A DNA stretch of 64,000 nt, taken from Archaeoglobales archaeon (GTDB taxonomy: Archaea > Halobacteriota > Archaeoglobi > Archaeoglobales > Archaeoglobaceae). Where the stretch lies: the NCBI GenBank assembly GCA_029984855.1, contig JARQZL010000016.1:1482-65481 (forward strand), read 5' to 3'. The translations under genes were made by a program, and so were the position numbers. Numbering within the stretch: position 1 is the stretch's first letter; every line of letters starts with the position of its first letter. The notes under the pieces were generated by a model. It was not told the DNA's origin. It made no database searches and worked only from the letters and a program-made list of their open reading frames with translations. Of the stretch, positions 9,983-19,829 are shown piece by piece.

Positions 9983-11905
9983 CTACCTGAGCTTCACTGC
10001 ATCGTCAGGGCAGATTTTACTGCAAACGTTTCCTCTGAGCCAGCAAATTTCATCCTGACAGAGCTTTATTGCTTTCTCCGGGCAGATTCTGCTACACACT
10101 CCACATCCAACGCAGAGGTTCTCATCAATTGCAACTTTTCCCTCTCGGAAGCAGATTGCAGGACAGAAAAATGAGTTGATGCATTCCATACAGAGCGTGC
10201 AGTTTTTTGTAACCGTGAATTTGGGTGTCTTCTTTCCCCCCTTCTTTCTCTCTCTCTGCAACAGCAGAGCGCATTTCTGTCTTGAAATAACAACTGCAAC
10301 ACCCTTGTACTCTATTGCCCTTTTTATGGCGTCAATTGTCCTTCTCAAGTTGTAGGGATTCACAACTTCGACAAAATCGATACCCATCCCTCTTACGACA
10401 TTCTCGATACTCACAGCTTTTCCTTTTTCACCGCAACCTCTCTCTCCTACACCGGGATGTGGCTGATGCCCTGTCATACCGGTGGTGGAGTTATCAAGGA
10501 TGACAAGAACGAAATTATGGTTGTTGTAAACCGCATTAACAAGAGCAGGCAGTCCTGCATGGAAGAACGTGGAGTCACCTATTGTAGCGATTACCGGCTC
10601 CTTAACAACATAGCTCAGCCCGCATGCAATGCCGGTGCTTGCCCCCATGCACACGCAGGTGTCAACACCCTCAAAAGGTTTGTTTGCTCCAAGAGTGTAG
10701 CATCCTATATCTCCCGGCAGTGCTGCAAGCTTAACAGCCTTTTTTATCGCATAGAAAGTCGCTGCGTGCGGACAGCCGGGACAGAAGACCGGTGGGCGAG
10801 GTGGTGCGAGTATGGCGAGTTCTCTCCCTTTTTCAAGAATTGCTTCATAATCTATACTCGGTTTAATTCCGAGAGTCCTTGCCAAACCTCTCTCAACAAC
10901 AGCCACGTTATATTCATAGCTCATTGGAAGAAAGCCATTCAGCTTACCGTAAACCTCCACCCCTGTAAGAGCTCTCACATGGAGCTCGATAAATGGATCA
11001 ACCTCTTCAACAACGAGTATGTGTTTGAGCTGAGATGCAAACTCCTCTATCAGCTCCTCAGGAACAGGATGCATGGATGAAAGTTTCAGCACAGGTATTT
11101 CCACACCAAGCCTCTCCATTGCCTCCTTAGCATAAGCGTAGCTCAGCCCGCATGCAATGATACCGGTATCGCCTTCTCCATCTTCTATCCAGTTTCCGTC
11201 CCATCTTGAAAGATAATTTCCTGCTTTTTCCATTTTCTCTACAAGTTCTGACTTCATTTTTCTGGCATGAGCCGGTAGAATAACATCTCTGGCAGGGTTT
11301 TTCTGCCATTCAACTTTTTCAAAAGCCTTTTTTTGAAGAGGAGCAAGCTCAACAATACCGCTTGCGTGGCTCAGCCTCGTATATGTTCTGAGCATTACGG
11401 GAATATTAAAATGCTCTGATAATTCGAAACAGAACTTGACAAAATCCTTCGCCTCCTGAACGCTCGACGGCTCTATTACAGGTATATTTGCAGCCCTACC
11501 GTACCATCTGTTATCCTGCTCGTTCTGGCTGCTGTGCATTGACGGATCGTCTGCAGAAACAAGGACAAAACCCCCCCTTGCCCCGATGTATGCAAAGCTG
11601 AATAGAACATCACTTGCAACATTAACGCCAACGTGTTTCATCGCTGCCATGCTACGCTTTCCAGCAAGCGATGCAGCCATGGCAACCTCTACGGCAACTT
11701 TTTCATTTGAGGAGTACTCCATTACAAAGTCGAACCTTCCCTTCAACGTCTCGCATGCTCTGCTGAGGGTATCACCAATCTCAGATGAGGGCGTACCCGG
11801 GTATGTGGCGAAAACGTCAATTCCTGCTTCAAGTGCTCCTCTCGCTATAGCCTCATTTCCGAGAAGAAATGCTTTCCCTGACTCCTTTAGAACATCATTG
11901 AGCAT
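9983..11905 (-). CDS. iorA: Indolepyruvate:ferredoxin oxidoreductase alpha subunit
   Basis: 640 aa with an N-terminal pyrimidine-binding domain, a TPP-binding GDSTFFH..., and C-terminal CxxCxxCxxxCP ferredoxin motifs (CVGCGVCSRICP). Confidence 0.9.
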   Translation of the reverse strand: MLNDVLKESGKAFLLGNEAIARGALEAGIDVFATYPGTPSSEIGDTLSRACETLKGRFDFVMEYSSNEKVAVEVAMAASLAGKRSMAAMKHVGVNVASDVLFSFAYIGARGGFVLVSADDPSMHSSQNEQDNRWYGRAANIPVIEPSSVQEAKDFVKFCFELSEHFNIPVMLRTYTRLSHASGIVELAPLQKKAFEKVEWQKNPARDVILPAHARKMKSELVEKMEKAGNYLSRWDGNWIEDGEGDTGIIACGLSYAYAKEAMERLGVEIPVLKLSSMHPVPEELIEEFASQLKHILVVEEVDPFIELHVRALTGVEVYGKLNGFLPMSYEYNVAVVERGLARTLGIKPSIDYEAILEKGRELAILAPPRPPVFCPGCPHAATFYAIKKAVKLAALPGDIGCYTLGANKPFEGVDTCVCMGASTGIACGLSYVVKEPVIATIGDSTFFHAGLPALVNAVYNNHNFVLVILDNSTTGMTGHQPHPGVGERGCGEKGKAVSIENVVRGMGIDFVEVVNPYNLRRTIDAIKRAIEYKGVAVVISRQKCALLLQRERKKGGKKTPKFTVTKNCTLCMECINSFFCPAICFREGKVAIDENLCVGCGVCSRICPEKAIKLCQDEICWLRGNVCSKICPDDAVKLR

Positions 11906-11980
11906 GGGGTGAAATTATCCTGGCTTTTTAAAATTCTTGCTGTTTCAGAAAACCTTAAGTTCTACCAAACAACTTCTGGC

Positions 11981-12424
11981 ATGATGTACAGGAACACTTA
12001 CCTCGAAAAGGTTGGAGAACTGATGAAGTACTGTATGGATCTTGCAAAGACAGTTGATGAGGCGATGGACGATATAAAGAGAGCTTCAAGTGATTTGAGG
12101 GATCCTGAACGTATTGCAGAACTGTTCCGGATAGACAGCGAGTACATTGTTCAGGTTTTCATGTCCGGTGGAATGAGTGAAGATGAAGCGAAAGAGAGCC
12201 TGAAGAGATTAAAGCAGTATGCTGTTGCCCAGCTTCAGAAGCACTACAATCTTGTTGCCCAGCTTTTAAAAGACACCGAGAAGAAGGTCATTGAAACAAT
12301 AGAGAACACAATAAAGGAAATAGAGTTTGAAATGCCGGATCAGACGAAAAAAGAGATAAAATACAGTATAGATAAAGCAGAGGAGGATGTAGAAATACTC
12401 TCAAAGGAGATGACCAACCTCTGA
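11981..12424 (+). CDS. Hypothetical helical protein
   Basis: ORF 11909-12424. The first ATG pair at 11981 lies about 47 nt downstream of TTTTTAAAA (11926-11934). No recognisable motif. Confidence 0.4.
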   Translation: MMYRNTYLEKVGELMKYCMDLAKTVDEAMDDIKRASSDLRDPERIAELFRIDSEYIVQVFMSGGMSEDEAKESLKRLKQYAVAQLQKHYNLVAQLLKDTEKKVIETIENTIKEIEFEMPDQTKKEIKYSIDKAEEDVEILSKEMTNL

Positions 12425-12505
12425 GCGATTCTAATATTATCCCAGTGTTTTATCCTCCGGGACTGACGAAAAAAGGTATATTGGTTTTGCATAGTATGCC
12501 CTGTC

Positions 12506-13792
12506 TCAACCTCGCGGCCTCAGACCTTCAATTAGATCACTAACTGTGCTTTCCACCCTGTCAACAACCTTCTCCTCATCTATTGTGAGAACATTGCGAT
12601 CATCCATTATCAATTCCCCATCAACAATCACATGTGTAACCTCACACCCGTAGCCTGCGTAGACAATGCTGTAAAGAGGATTGTAGAGCGGGAGATAGTT
12701 GAAACTCTTCGCATCGAGCAGAATGATGTCTGCCAGCATACCCTCTTTAAGCTCTCCGCCCTCAATCCCGTAGGCCACATACCCGTTTCTTGTTGCCATC
12801 TTAAGAACATCAGCAGCTTTGAGGGCATCAGCCCTTGTCGTGGCAACCTTCTGGAGTAAAGAGGCGAGTTTTATCTCCTCAAACATGTTGTAGGTGTTGT
12901 TGCTGGCAGCACCGTCCGTTCCAAGGCACACGTTCACTCCTGCCCTCAGCATTTCACGCACTCTTGCTATCCCTGATGCAAGCTTTAGGTTACTCACAGG
13001 ATTGTGGACTACACTCACACCGCGCTTTTTCAAAATCCTGATCTCTTCATTTTCAACCCAGACGGCGTGAGCAATAATTACCCTCTTCGAGAGGAAACCC
13101 ATATCATCGAGGAATTTTACGGGAGTTTTTCCGTACTTCTGTTTTATCTCCTCAAATTCGTGTTTTGTTTCCGCAACGTGGATGTGGATAAGAGTATCAA
13201 GCTCTTCAGCTCTCTCTTTAACTTTCATGAGAAAACCCGGAGAACATGTGTACGGGGCATGGGGGCCAAATACAGCTTTTATTCTTCCACTAAAAGCTCC
13301 ATCCCACTCCTTTATGAATTCTGTTCCTGTTTCGAGCTCATTTCTCCCCTTCTCCTCATCACCTTTTTCAATCATCCCGTAGCTCAGCACAGCCCTCATC
13401 CCCGACTCACCCACTGCCCTTGCAACCTCATCCATGTGGAAGTACATGTCGGAAAAAGCGGTGGTGCCTGTCTTGATCATCTCAAGAATCCCAAGTATCG
13501 AGCCCCAGTAGATATCCTTTGGTGTAAGCCTCGCCTCAATTTCCCAAACCCTTCTGAGCCACTCCATCAGGGGCATATCTTCAACGTATCCCCTCAGAAC
13601 TGTCATCGCAAGATGAGTGTGGGCATTGAACAGGCCGGGTACTACAAGTTTTTTATCAGCCATTATCTCAACTTCACCCCTGATATCCTCCCTGCCAACG
13701 TATGCTATTCTGTTACCCTGAATGCCGATATTTGCTCTGGTAAACTCATCACCAACTAAGCAGAGCCCCCCTTTTATGGATATGTCGTACAT
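12506..13792 (-). CDS. mtaD: 5'-methylthioadenosine/S-adenosylhomocysteine deaminase (amidohydrolase superfamily)
   Basis: 428 aa. PGLFNAHTHLAMT...MEWL...HVAET...GTDGAASNN is the MtaD/TRZ-ATZ pattern. Confidence 0.85.
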   Translation of the reverse strand: MYDISIKGGLCLVGDEFTRANIGIQGNRIAYVGREDIRGEVEIMADKKLVVPGLFNAHTHLAMTVLRGYVEDMPLMEWLRRVWEIEARLTPKDIYWGSILGILEMIKTGTTAFSDMYFHMDEVARAVGESGMRAVLSYGMIEKGDEEKGRNELETGTEFIKEWDGAFSGRIKAVFGPHAPYTCSPGFLMKVKERAEELDTLIHIHVAETKHEFEEIKQKYGKTPVKFLDDMGFLSKRVIIAHAVWVENEEIRILKKRGVSVVHNPVSNLKLASGIARVREMLRAGVNVCLGTDGAASNNTYNMFEEIKLASLLQKVATTRADALKAADVLKMATRNGYVAYGIEGGELKEGMLADIILLDAKSFNYLPLYNPLYSIVYAGYGCEVTHVIVDGELIMDDRNVLTIDEEKVVDRVESTVSDLIEGLRPRG

Positions 13793-13901
13793 GGATTTGA
13801 ATTTGCCGGGTGTTATATAAACTCTTTCAACACGTGATTTCTTTAATTTTTCGCACCCCTCAACTCGAAAACGTTTTGTATCCTGTGAGCTTTATGTATC
13901 T

Positions 13902-15575
13902 ATGCTCATTCCCACGGCAGCGGGAAGACATAAACCAGACCTCATTTTGAGCGGTGAGATTTTCTCAGTTTTCACTGGCGAGAGCTTTGAGGCTGATGTT
14001 GCCATATCAAATGGCAGAATTGCCGGCGTTGGGGATTATGGAGGAGGTATTGAAGTCGATTATATTCTTCCCGGATTTATAGATGCACATATCCATCTCG
14101 AAAGCACACTTCTCCACCCTGCTGAATTTGCCAGAGCCGTCATCCCTCACGGCACCACGGCGGTAATTGCTGACCCTCACGAGATTGCCAACGTAGCGGG
14201 AAAAGCAGGAATTAGGTTTTTGATAGAGGCCACGGCAGATGTACCTCTTGACTTTTACTTCATGGCTCCGTCATGCGTTCCGGCAATAGAGGGGTTTGAA
14301 AGCTTTGCTCATAAGCTCAGTGCGGATGATATCAGAGAAATCATCAAATGGGATAGAGTCCTCGGTCTTGCAGAGGTCATGGACTTTCCTGGTGTGATAG
14401 AGGGGCGGAAGGACGTTCTGGATAAAATTGATGCAGTAAAGAAGGCTGGAAAGCCTGTAGACGGACATGCCCCCGGAATTACCGGAAAAGATCTGGATGC
14501 TTACATTGCCACGGGTATAACCACAGACCATGAATGTGCTTCCACAATAGAGGCGATGGAGAAGGTAAGACGTGGCATGAGGGTGATGATACGGGAGGGT
14601 AGTGTGGCAAAAAACATGCGTGAGCTGATTAAAATTGTTAACAGCTTCAACTCATGCTTTTTCATGCTCGTGAGTGATGATCTGCTGCCCACAGACATAA
14701 AACACGGTCACATAGATAATCTGCTTAGACTTGCCACCCAGTACGGATTGAAGCCAGAACTTGCCATCAGGATGGTTACACTCAGTCCTGCGATGCATTT
14801 CGGGCTGAAATGTGGAGCCATTATGCCCGGGCTTAAAGCCGACATTGTTGCCGTTGATGGCCTGGAAAATTTCAACGTCCAGCTTGTTGTTAAGGATGGC
14901 AAAATCGTATGGGATGGAAAGCTCAATGCAGAGATCGAAAAGATCGAACCACCGATAGAACTTGCAAATACGGTAAAAACTGGAATTCAGAGACAAGATG
15001 TGCTAATCAAAGCGAAAGGCAAGGTATGCAGGCTAATCGAACCTGTTCCGGGTCAGATAGTTACAAAAGCTTCTGTGTGGGAGCCGGAGATCAGAGATGG
15101 TTATGCATTGCCGGATGCGGAACAGGATGTTGCAAAGGTTGTGGTTGTGAACAGACAGGGCAGGAGATTAGTGGGAAAAGGTTTTGTGAGGTTTGCAATT
15201 AAAGAGGGAGCAATTGCAGGCAGTGTTGCACACGATTCACACAACTGTATATGTGTGGGTGTTGATGACGGCGCAATGGTCAGAGCTTTGAACAGACTGG
15301 AAGAACTTCACGGTGGATTCGTTGTAGCAAGCAAGGACATCATGGCAGAGCTCCCTCTTCCAATCGCCGGATTGATGTCCAGCTTTACATTTGAAGAAGT
15401 TGTTAAAAAACTCGAAAAGCTTTATACTGCCTCCAGAAAGATAGGAATTAGAGCTGAACATCCCTTCACGGCCATAAGCTTCCTCTCTCTGCCAGTTGTA
15501 CCGGAGCTGAAAATGACCGATTACGGCCTCATTGATACAAAAGAAATGAAGATAGTCGATTTGTGGGTGGAATGA
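13902..15575 (+). CDS. ade: Adenine deaminase
   Basis: 557 aa. ILPGFIDAHIHLES...DPHEIANV...DGH...TDHE is the adenine deaminase metal-site pattern. Confidence 0.9.
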   Translation: MLIPTAAGRHKPDLILSGEIFSVFTGESFEADVAISNGRIAGVGDYGGGIEVDYILPGFIDAHIHLESTLLHPAEFARAVIPHGTTAVIADPHEIANVAGKAGIRFLIEATADVPLDFYFMAPSCVPAIEGFESFAHKLSADDIREIIKWDRVLGLAEVMDFPGVIEGRKDVLDKIDAVKKAGKPVDGHAPGITGKDLDAYIATGITTDHECASTIEAMEKVRRGMRVMIREGSVAKNMRELIKIVNSFNSCFFMLVSDDLLPTDIKHGHIDNLLRLATQYGLKPELAIRMVTLSPAMHFGLKCGAIMPGLKADIVAVDGLENFNVQLVVKDGKIVWDGKLNAEIEKIEPPIELANTVKTGIQRQDVLIKAKGKVCRLIEPVPGQIVTKASVWEPEIRDGYALPDAEQDVAKVVVVNRQGRRLVGKGFVRFAIKEGAIAGSVAHDSHNCICVGVDDGAMVRALNRLEELHGGFVVASKDIMAELPLPIAGLMSSFTFEEVVKKLEKLYTASRKIGIRAEHPFTAISFLSLPVVPELKMTDYGLIDTKEMKIVDLWVE

Positions 15576-16090
15576 TGAAACTGGAACCGATTATAAGCAA
15601 GGAAGAGATAGAAAGTAAGGTTAGAGAGATTGCAGAGCGGATAAGTGAGGATTACAGGGGAAAAAACCCAATTCTTGTGGGAGTTCTCAATGGAGCCCTG
15701 ATATTTCTTGCAGATCTGGTAAGAGAACTCAAGATACCCGTTGAAATTGACTTCATGAAGGTGAAGAGCTATGCTGGAACGAACTCAACTGGCAATATCG
15801 AAGTAAAGCTGGATATGGAGAGAGACATCAGAGGTAGAGATGTCATAATTGTGGAGGATATTATTGATACAGGTATTACAATAAATTTCCTGATGAAGAA
15901 GCTCAAAGCAAGGAAACCAGAAAGTCTGGCTGTGTGCGTACTTCTTGACAAGCCTGAAAGAAGAGTTGCTGACGTTAAAGCTGACTATGTGGGATTTACA
16001 ATTCCAGATTACTTTGTTGTCGGATATGGTCTTGACTTTAACGGCCAGTACAGAGAACTGCCAGCAATTTACAGAATTGTGGAGAAATAG
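15572..16090 (+). CDS. hpt: Hypoxanthine/guanine phosphoribosyltransferase
   Basis: PRPP-binding loop VIIVEDIIDTGIT. The ATG at 15572 overlaps the ade stop (ATGATGA). The ORF track starts at GTG 15563. Confidence 0.9.
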   Translation: MMKLEPIISKEEIESKVREIAERISEDYRGKNPILVGVLNGALIFLADLVRELKIPVEIDFMKVKSYAGTNSTGNIEVKLDMERDIRGRDVIIVEDIIDTGITINFLMKKLKARKPESLAVCVLLDKPERRVADVKADYVGFTIPDYFVVGYGLDFNGQYRELPAIYRIVEK

Positions 16091-16173
16091 AACGTAATTA
16101 TGTAGAGAGATTTGGTGTTTTCCTGTGTCGTATCACAAAAGTTTAAATATCACAGACCATAGAGCATGCCTTC

Positions 16174-17478
16174 ATGCCCTCAGATCGCTATTCAAAGTTC
16201 ATCGAAGCTCTCAGACAGCACCACGAGCTCTACAGGCAATCTATCCCTCTCATAGCCAGTGAAAACCTTACAAGTCTGGCAGTAAGAAGTATGTACCTGA
16301 CGGATCTGGGACATCGCTATGCAGAGGGCAAGGTTGGCAAGCGCTTCTATCAGGGCTGTCAGTATATAGATGTCATTGAAGATCTGGCAATCCAGCTTAC
16401 AAAGGAGATATTTAATGCCGAACATGCGAACGTTCAGCCCATATCAGGAGTTACTGCCAATATAGCAGCTTTCTTCGCTTTAACCTCCCCTGCTGATAAG
16501 GTAGTATCCCTCTCTGTGCCATGCGGAGGCCACATCTCTCATGATAGATTCTCTGCAGCAGGTATAAGGGGGCTTGAGGTTCTGCACTATCCATTTGACA
16601 TGGAGAGGCTCAACATTGACATTGATGAGACAAGAAAACTTGCAGAGAAAGAGAGACCCAAGGTTCTCGTTCTTGGCTCCAGTCTCTTTCTCTTCCCCCA
16701 CCCCGTTAAAGAAATAGCGGAAATCGCAAAAGAAGTTGATGCAAAAGTTATATATGATGGAAGCCACGTTCTTGGCCTGATAGCAGGAGAGCAGTTTCAG
16801 GATCCGGTTAAGGAGGGAGCAGATGTAGTTACGGCCTCAACGCACAAAACATTCTTCGGCCCGCAGCGTGCAGTAATTCTCTGCAGGAAGGAGCTTGCGA
16901 AGGCTATCGACAATGCAGTGTTTCCGGGTGTTGTCAGCAACCACCATCTGAACACCCTTGCCGGCTACGTTATCGCATGCATGGAAATGCTGGAGTTCGG
17001 TGAAGCTTATGCGAAACAGACTGTAAGAAATGCTAAAAGACTTGCAGAAAAACTGCATGAGCTTGGCTTTAATGTTGTTGGTGAACAAAATGGATTTACG
17101 GAGTCGCATCAGGTTGCCGTTGATGTCAGTGAATTTGGTGGTGGTGATCCGGTTGCAAAGATGTTTGAGCGCATAAACATAATCCTGAATAAGAACCTTC
17201 TACCATGGGACGATCTAACAAGAACAAAGAATCCATCGGGAATAAGAATCGGGGTTCAGGAGGTAACAAGACTTGGAATGAAGGAAGAAGAGATGGAGAA
17301 GCTCGCAGAGATAATGTGGGATGCGGTTAACAGTAATAAGAGTGAGGACAGGTTAAAGCAGGAGGTTGCAGAGCTGAAAAGTGAATTTAACACGATTAAG
17401 TATGCATTTGAGGAGACTGAAGCGTATACGTTCTTCGAAAACTTTTTAAGCTGGCCTGCCCGTAAACCGGCAGATTAG
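16174..17478 (+). CDS. glyA: Serine hydroxymethyltransferase
   Basis: 434 aa. LIASEN...YAEG...GGHISHD...TASTHKTFFGPQ (PLP lysine region). TTTAAATA box at 16142-16149. Confidence 0.95.
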   Translation: MPSDRYSKFIEALRQHHELYRQSIPLIASENLTSLAVRSMYLTDLGHRYAEGKVGKRFYQGCQYIDVIEDLAIQLTKEIFNAEHANVQPISGVTANIAAFFALTSPADKVVSLSVPCGGHISHDRFSAAGIRGLEVLHYPFDMERLNIDIDETRKLAEKERPKVLVLGSSLFLFPHPVKEIAEIAKEVDAKVIYDGSHVLGLIAGEQFQDPVKEGADVVTASTHKTFFGPQRAVILCRKELAKAIDNAVFPGVVSNHHLNTLAGYVIACMEMLEFGEAYAKQTVRNAKRLAEKLHELGFNVVGEQNGFTESHQVAVDVSEFGGGDPVAKMFERINIILNKNLLPWDDLTRTKNPSGIRIGVQEVTRLGMKEEEMEKLAEIMWDAVNSNKSEDRLKQEVAELKSEFNTIKYAFEETEAYTFFENFLSWPARKPAD

Positions 17479-17575
17479 GGCCTGAAAGTGGCATTGAGAG
17501 AAAGATTTAAATCTCACCTCATTAAGGGCTAAGCAAGGCTCCAGTGTACTAAAAAGGCAAAGCTGTTGTGAGAGC

Positions 17576-18436
17576 ATGATGCTGGAAAAGTTGGTGGAGA
17601 GGAAGGAGCAGCTTGAAAAAGAGCTTCAGGAGAACACTGCTCGCAGGGACGAGCTCAATAAGCTTGCGAGAGAGAGTGCAGATGAAAGAGACAGATTGAA
17701 TAGAGAAGTAAAAGAACTTCTTCTGAAAGCAAAGGAAGTTAAAGAGAAGAGAGACGAGTACAACGAAAAGGCCAAGGAGTTCAAAATGAAGAGGAACAAG
17801 GTTCATGCAGAGATAGACAAGCTCTACAGGGAACTGGACAAGCTGAGGAAGCATATAGATAAAGGCAGCAAGCCGCTTGGAGACATCGAGAAGGAGATAC
17901 GCCGCCTGGAGTTCAAGCAGCAGACTGCAGTTCTTACTATTGAAAAGGAGAGAACGCTTGTTGAGCGCATATCAAAGCTGAGAAGAGAGCTTGAAGAAAG
18001 AAAGGAACAGCTTGAGAAGCACGAGGAGTTCAAGAGGCTGATTGCAAAGATAAGGGAGCTCAAGGATGAAGCAAGGAAGTTTCACCAGCAGATGCTTGAG
18101 TACGTTGAGAAGGCTGACGTTTTTCATGCGGAGATGCTGGAGATATTCAGCCAAGTCGACGAGAAGAGAAAGCTTGCGGACGAGATGCATATTAAGTTTG
18201 TGGAGAGTAAGAAGGAAGCTGATAGATGCCATAACGAAGTTGTAAAGATAAGAAAGGACATAAGAGACCTTGAAAAAGTAATCAAAGCCCTTAAGACCAA
18301 ACAGATCAAGAGCAAGGAAGAAAGAGAGAGAGAAGATCTGATAAAGAGGGCAAAAGAAGTTTACGAGATGTTCAAGCGTGGAGAAAAGCTTGAAACTGAA
18401 GATCTTCTTCTCCTTCAGAGAGCCGGGTTGATTTAA
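17576..18436 (+). CDS. Archaeal coiled-coil protein (COG1340-like)
   Basis: 286 aa, almost entirely heptad-like E/K/R/L-rich sequence. TTTAAAT box at 17506-17512. Confidence 0.65.
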   Translation: MMLEKLVERKEQLEKELQENTARRDELNKLARESADERDRLNREVKELLLKAKEVKEKRDEYNEKAKEFKMKRNKVHAEIDKLYRELDKLRKHIDKGSKPLGDIEKEIRRLEFKQQTAVLTIEKERTLVERISKLRRELEERKEQLEKHEEFKRLIAKIRELKDEARKFHQQMLEYVEKADVFHAEMLEIFSQVDEKRKLADEMHIKFVESKKEADRCHNEVVKIRKDIRDLEKVIKALKTKQIKSKEEREREDLIKRAKEVYEMFKRGEKLETEDLLLLQRAGLI

Positions 18437-18490
18437 GGCTCTTATTGGTATTGTCAGTTGCACATTCAAAATTATTCATTTATTCAATCA

Positions 18491-18655
18491 TCAATCGATT
18501 GATATAAGGGCGCCGTGAGGACACACTCTGGTACACTCAAGGCACTCATTGCATCTTGAGCTGTCTATACGCACGACTTTTCCATTTTCGAAGATTATAG
18601 CCTCACACAACCCCAAGCAAGCACCACAACCCTGACATCCAAAGACTGCTATCAT
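18491..18655 (-). CDS. Mini 2x[4Fe-4S] ferredoxin (54 aa), below the ORF-track cutoff
   Basis: Hand translation gives MIAVFGCQGCGACLGLCEAIIFENGKVVRIDSSRCNECLECTRVCPHGALISID. It contains two complete CxxCxxCxxxC motifs, the second followed by P. Confidence 0.6.
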   Translation of the reverse strand: MIAVFGCQGCGACLGLCEAIIFENGKVVRIDSSRCNECLECTRVCPHGALISID

Positions 18656-18706
18656 TTCCTTCAGCCTTCTCTGAAATTACAGGTTCTTATATCAGAGATA
18701 TAAATA

Positions 18707-19771
18707 TCACGCATAAATTGTCACTACATCACCATCTTCAAGTGCATGCTCTAAACCAACTCTCTGGCCCTGGAATTTCACCGATGTTCCCCATACCTTT
18801 GCATACCTGAATGATTCCAGCATACCTCTATGCAGCTTTCTGCAAACGTCCTCAATTTTTGCACCTCTTCTCATTATCAATGGCCTGTCCTCCACACCCT
18901 TACCGGGGGGTTTTAAGAAGATTCGTATGAATTCAAGTTTCTCGTAGATGCGCTTCTTTAGAATGTCGAGACCAGTCCCATGCTGAGCTGAGACACAGAT
19001 TATGTCATCACTCCTGACTTCTACATTCATGAGATCTATCTTATTGACGACGGTAAGTGAAGGAATGTAGACTCTGTTGCCCATTATTGCATCTATCAGC
19101 CTCTCGATTGTTATATCTTCTCTTATCAGCACATCAGCGTTGTGTATCCTGTACTCCCTGAGAACTTCCACTATTGTCTTCCTGTCAAGTGAGAGTGGAA
19201 CAGTGGACGTGATCTTGATTCCACCCCTCTCCTTCTTCTTTATCGAAATTTCTGGAGGAGATTCATTGAGCCTTATTCCTCCGCTGTAAAGTTCCCTTTT
19301 CAGAATGTCAGTCTGATGGAGATTGAAAACATCAACGATGAGCAGAATCATGTCTGCAGTCCTTACGGCTGAGATTATCTCTTTCCCTCTCCCCCTACCC
19401 TTCGAGGCCCCCTCTACAAGTCCGGGAACGTCTATGATCTGAATTCTTGCACCCCTGTATTCCAGCACACCGGGAACCGGTCTGAGGGTTGTGAAATTGT
19501 AGTCTGCAACCTCACTTCTTGCCCCGGTTAAAGCGTTGAGGAGGGTGGATTTACCAACAGATGGAAATCCAACAAGAACAACAGTAGCATCTCCCTCCTT
19601 TTTTAGAGAAAACTGTACACCAGCTCTCCTCTTTTTCTTCTCCGCCTCATCTCTCAATCTTGCAAGCTTTGCCTTGAGTCTGCCTATATGGTGCTCAGTT
19701 GCCTTGTTGTACGGTGTGCGCTTGATCTCCTCCTCAAGTTGCTTTATTTCCTCCTCGACATCCATTGCCAT
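18707..19771 (-). CDS. DRG/Rbg-type GTP-binding protein with C-terminal TGS domain
   Basis: G1 GFPSVGKST, G3 DVPG, G4 NKID, and a C-terminal TGS-like tail. I prefer the ATG at 19771 (MAMDVEEE), 20 nt downstream of TTTATTAAT, over the track start at 19816. Confidence 0.85.
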   Translation of the reverse strand: MAMDVEEEIKQLEEEIKRTPYNKATEHHIGRLKAKLARLRDEAEKKKRRAGVQFSLKKEGDATVVLVGFPSVGKSTLLNALTGARSEVADYNFTTLRPVPGVLEYRGARIQIIDVPGLVEGASKGRGRGKEIISAVRTADMILLIVDVFNLHQTDILKRELYSGGIRLNESPPEISIKKKERGGIKITSTVPLSLDRKTIVEVLREYRIHNADVLIREDITIERLIDAIMGNRVYIPSLTVVNKIDLMNVEVRSDDIICVSAQHGTGLDILKKRIYEKLEFIRIFLKPPGKGVEDRPLIMRRGAKIEDVCRKLHRGMLESFRYAKVWGTSVKFQGQRVGLEHALEDGDVVTIYA

Positions 19772-19829
19772 GTCCTGAATCCAGATTAATAAAGCCTTTA
19801 CGTAACGAGAGCACACCCGTATTTCTGAT

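Noticed and set aside
10457-11080. 207-aa plus-strand ORF inside iorA
   Set aside because: Antisense to a confidently identified gene. Cys/Arg-rich nonsense composition.
13004-13759. 251-aa plus-strand ORF inside mtaD
   Set aside because: Antisense shadow ORF of an amidohydrolase gene with clear metal-site motifs.
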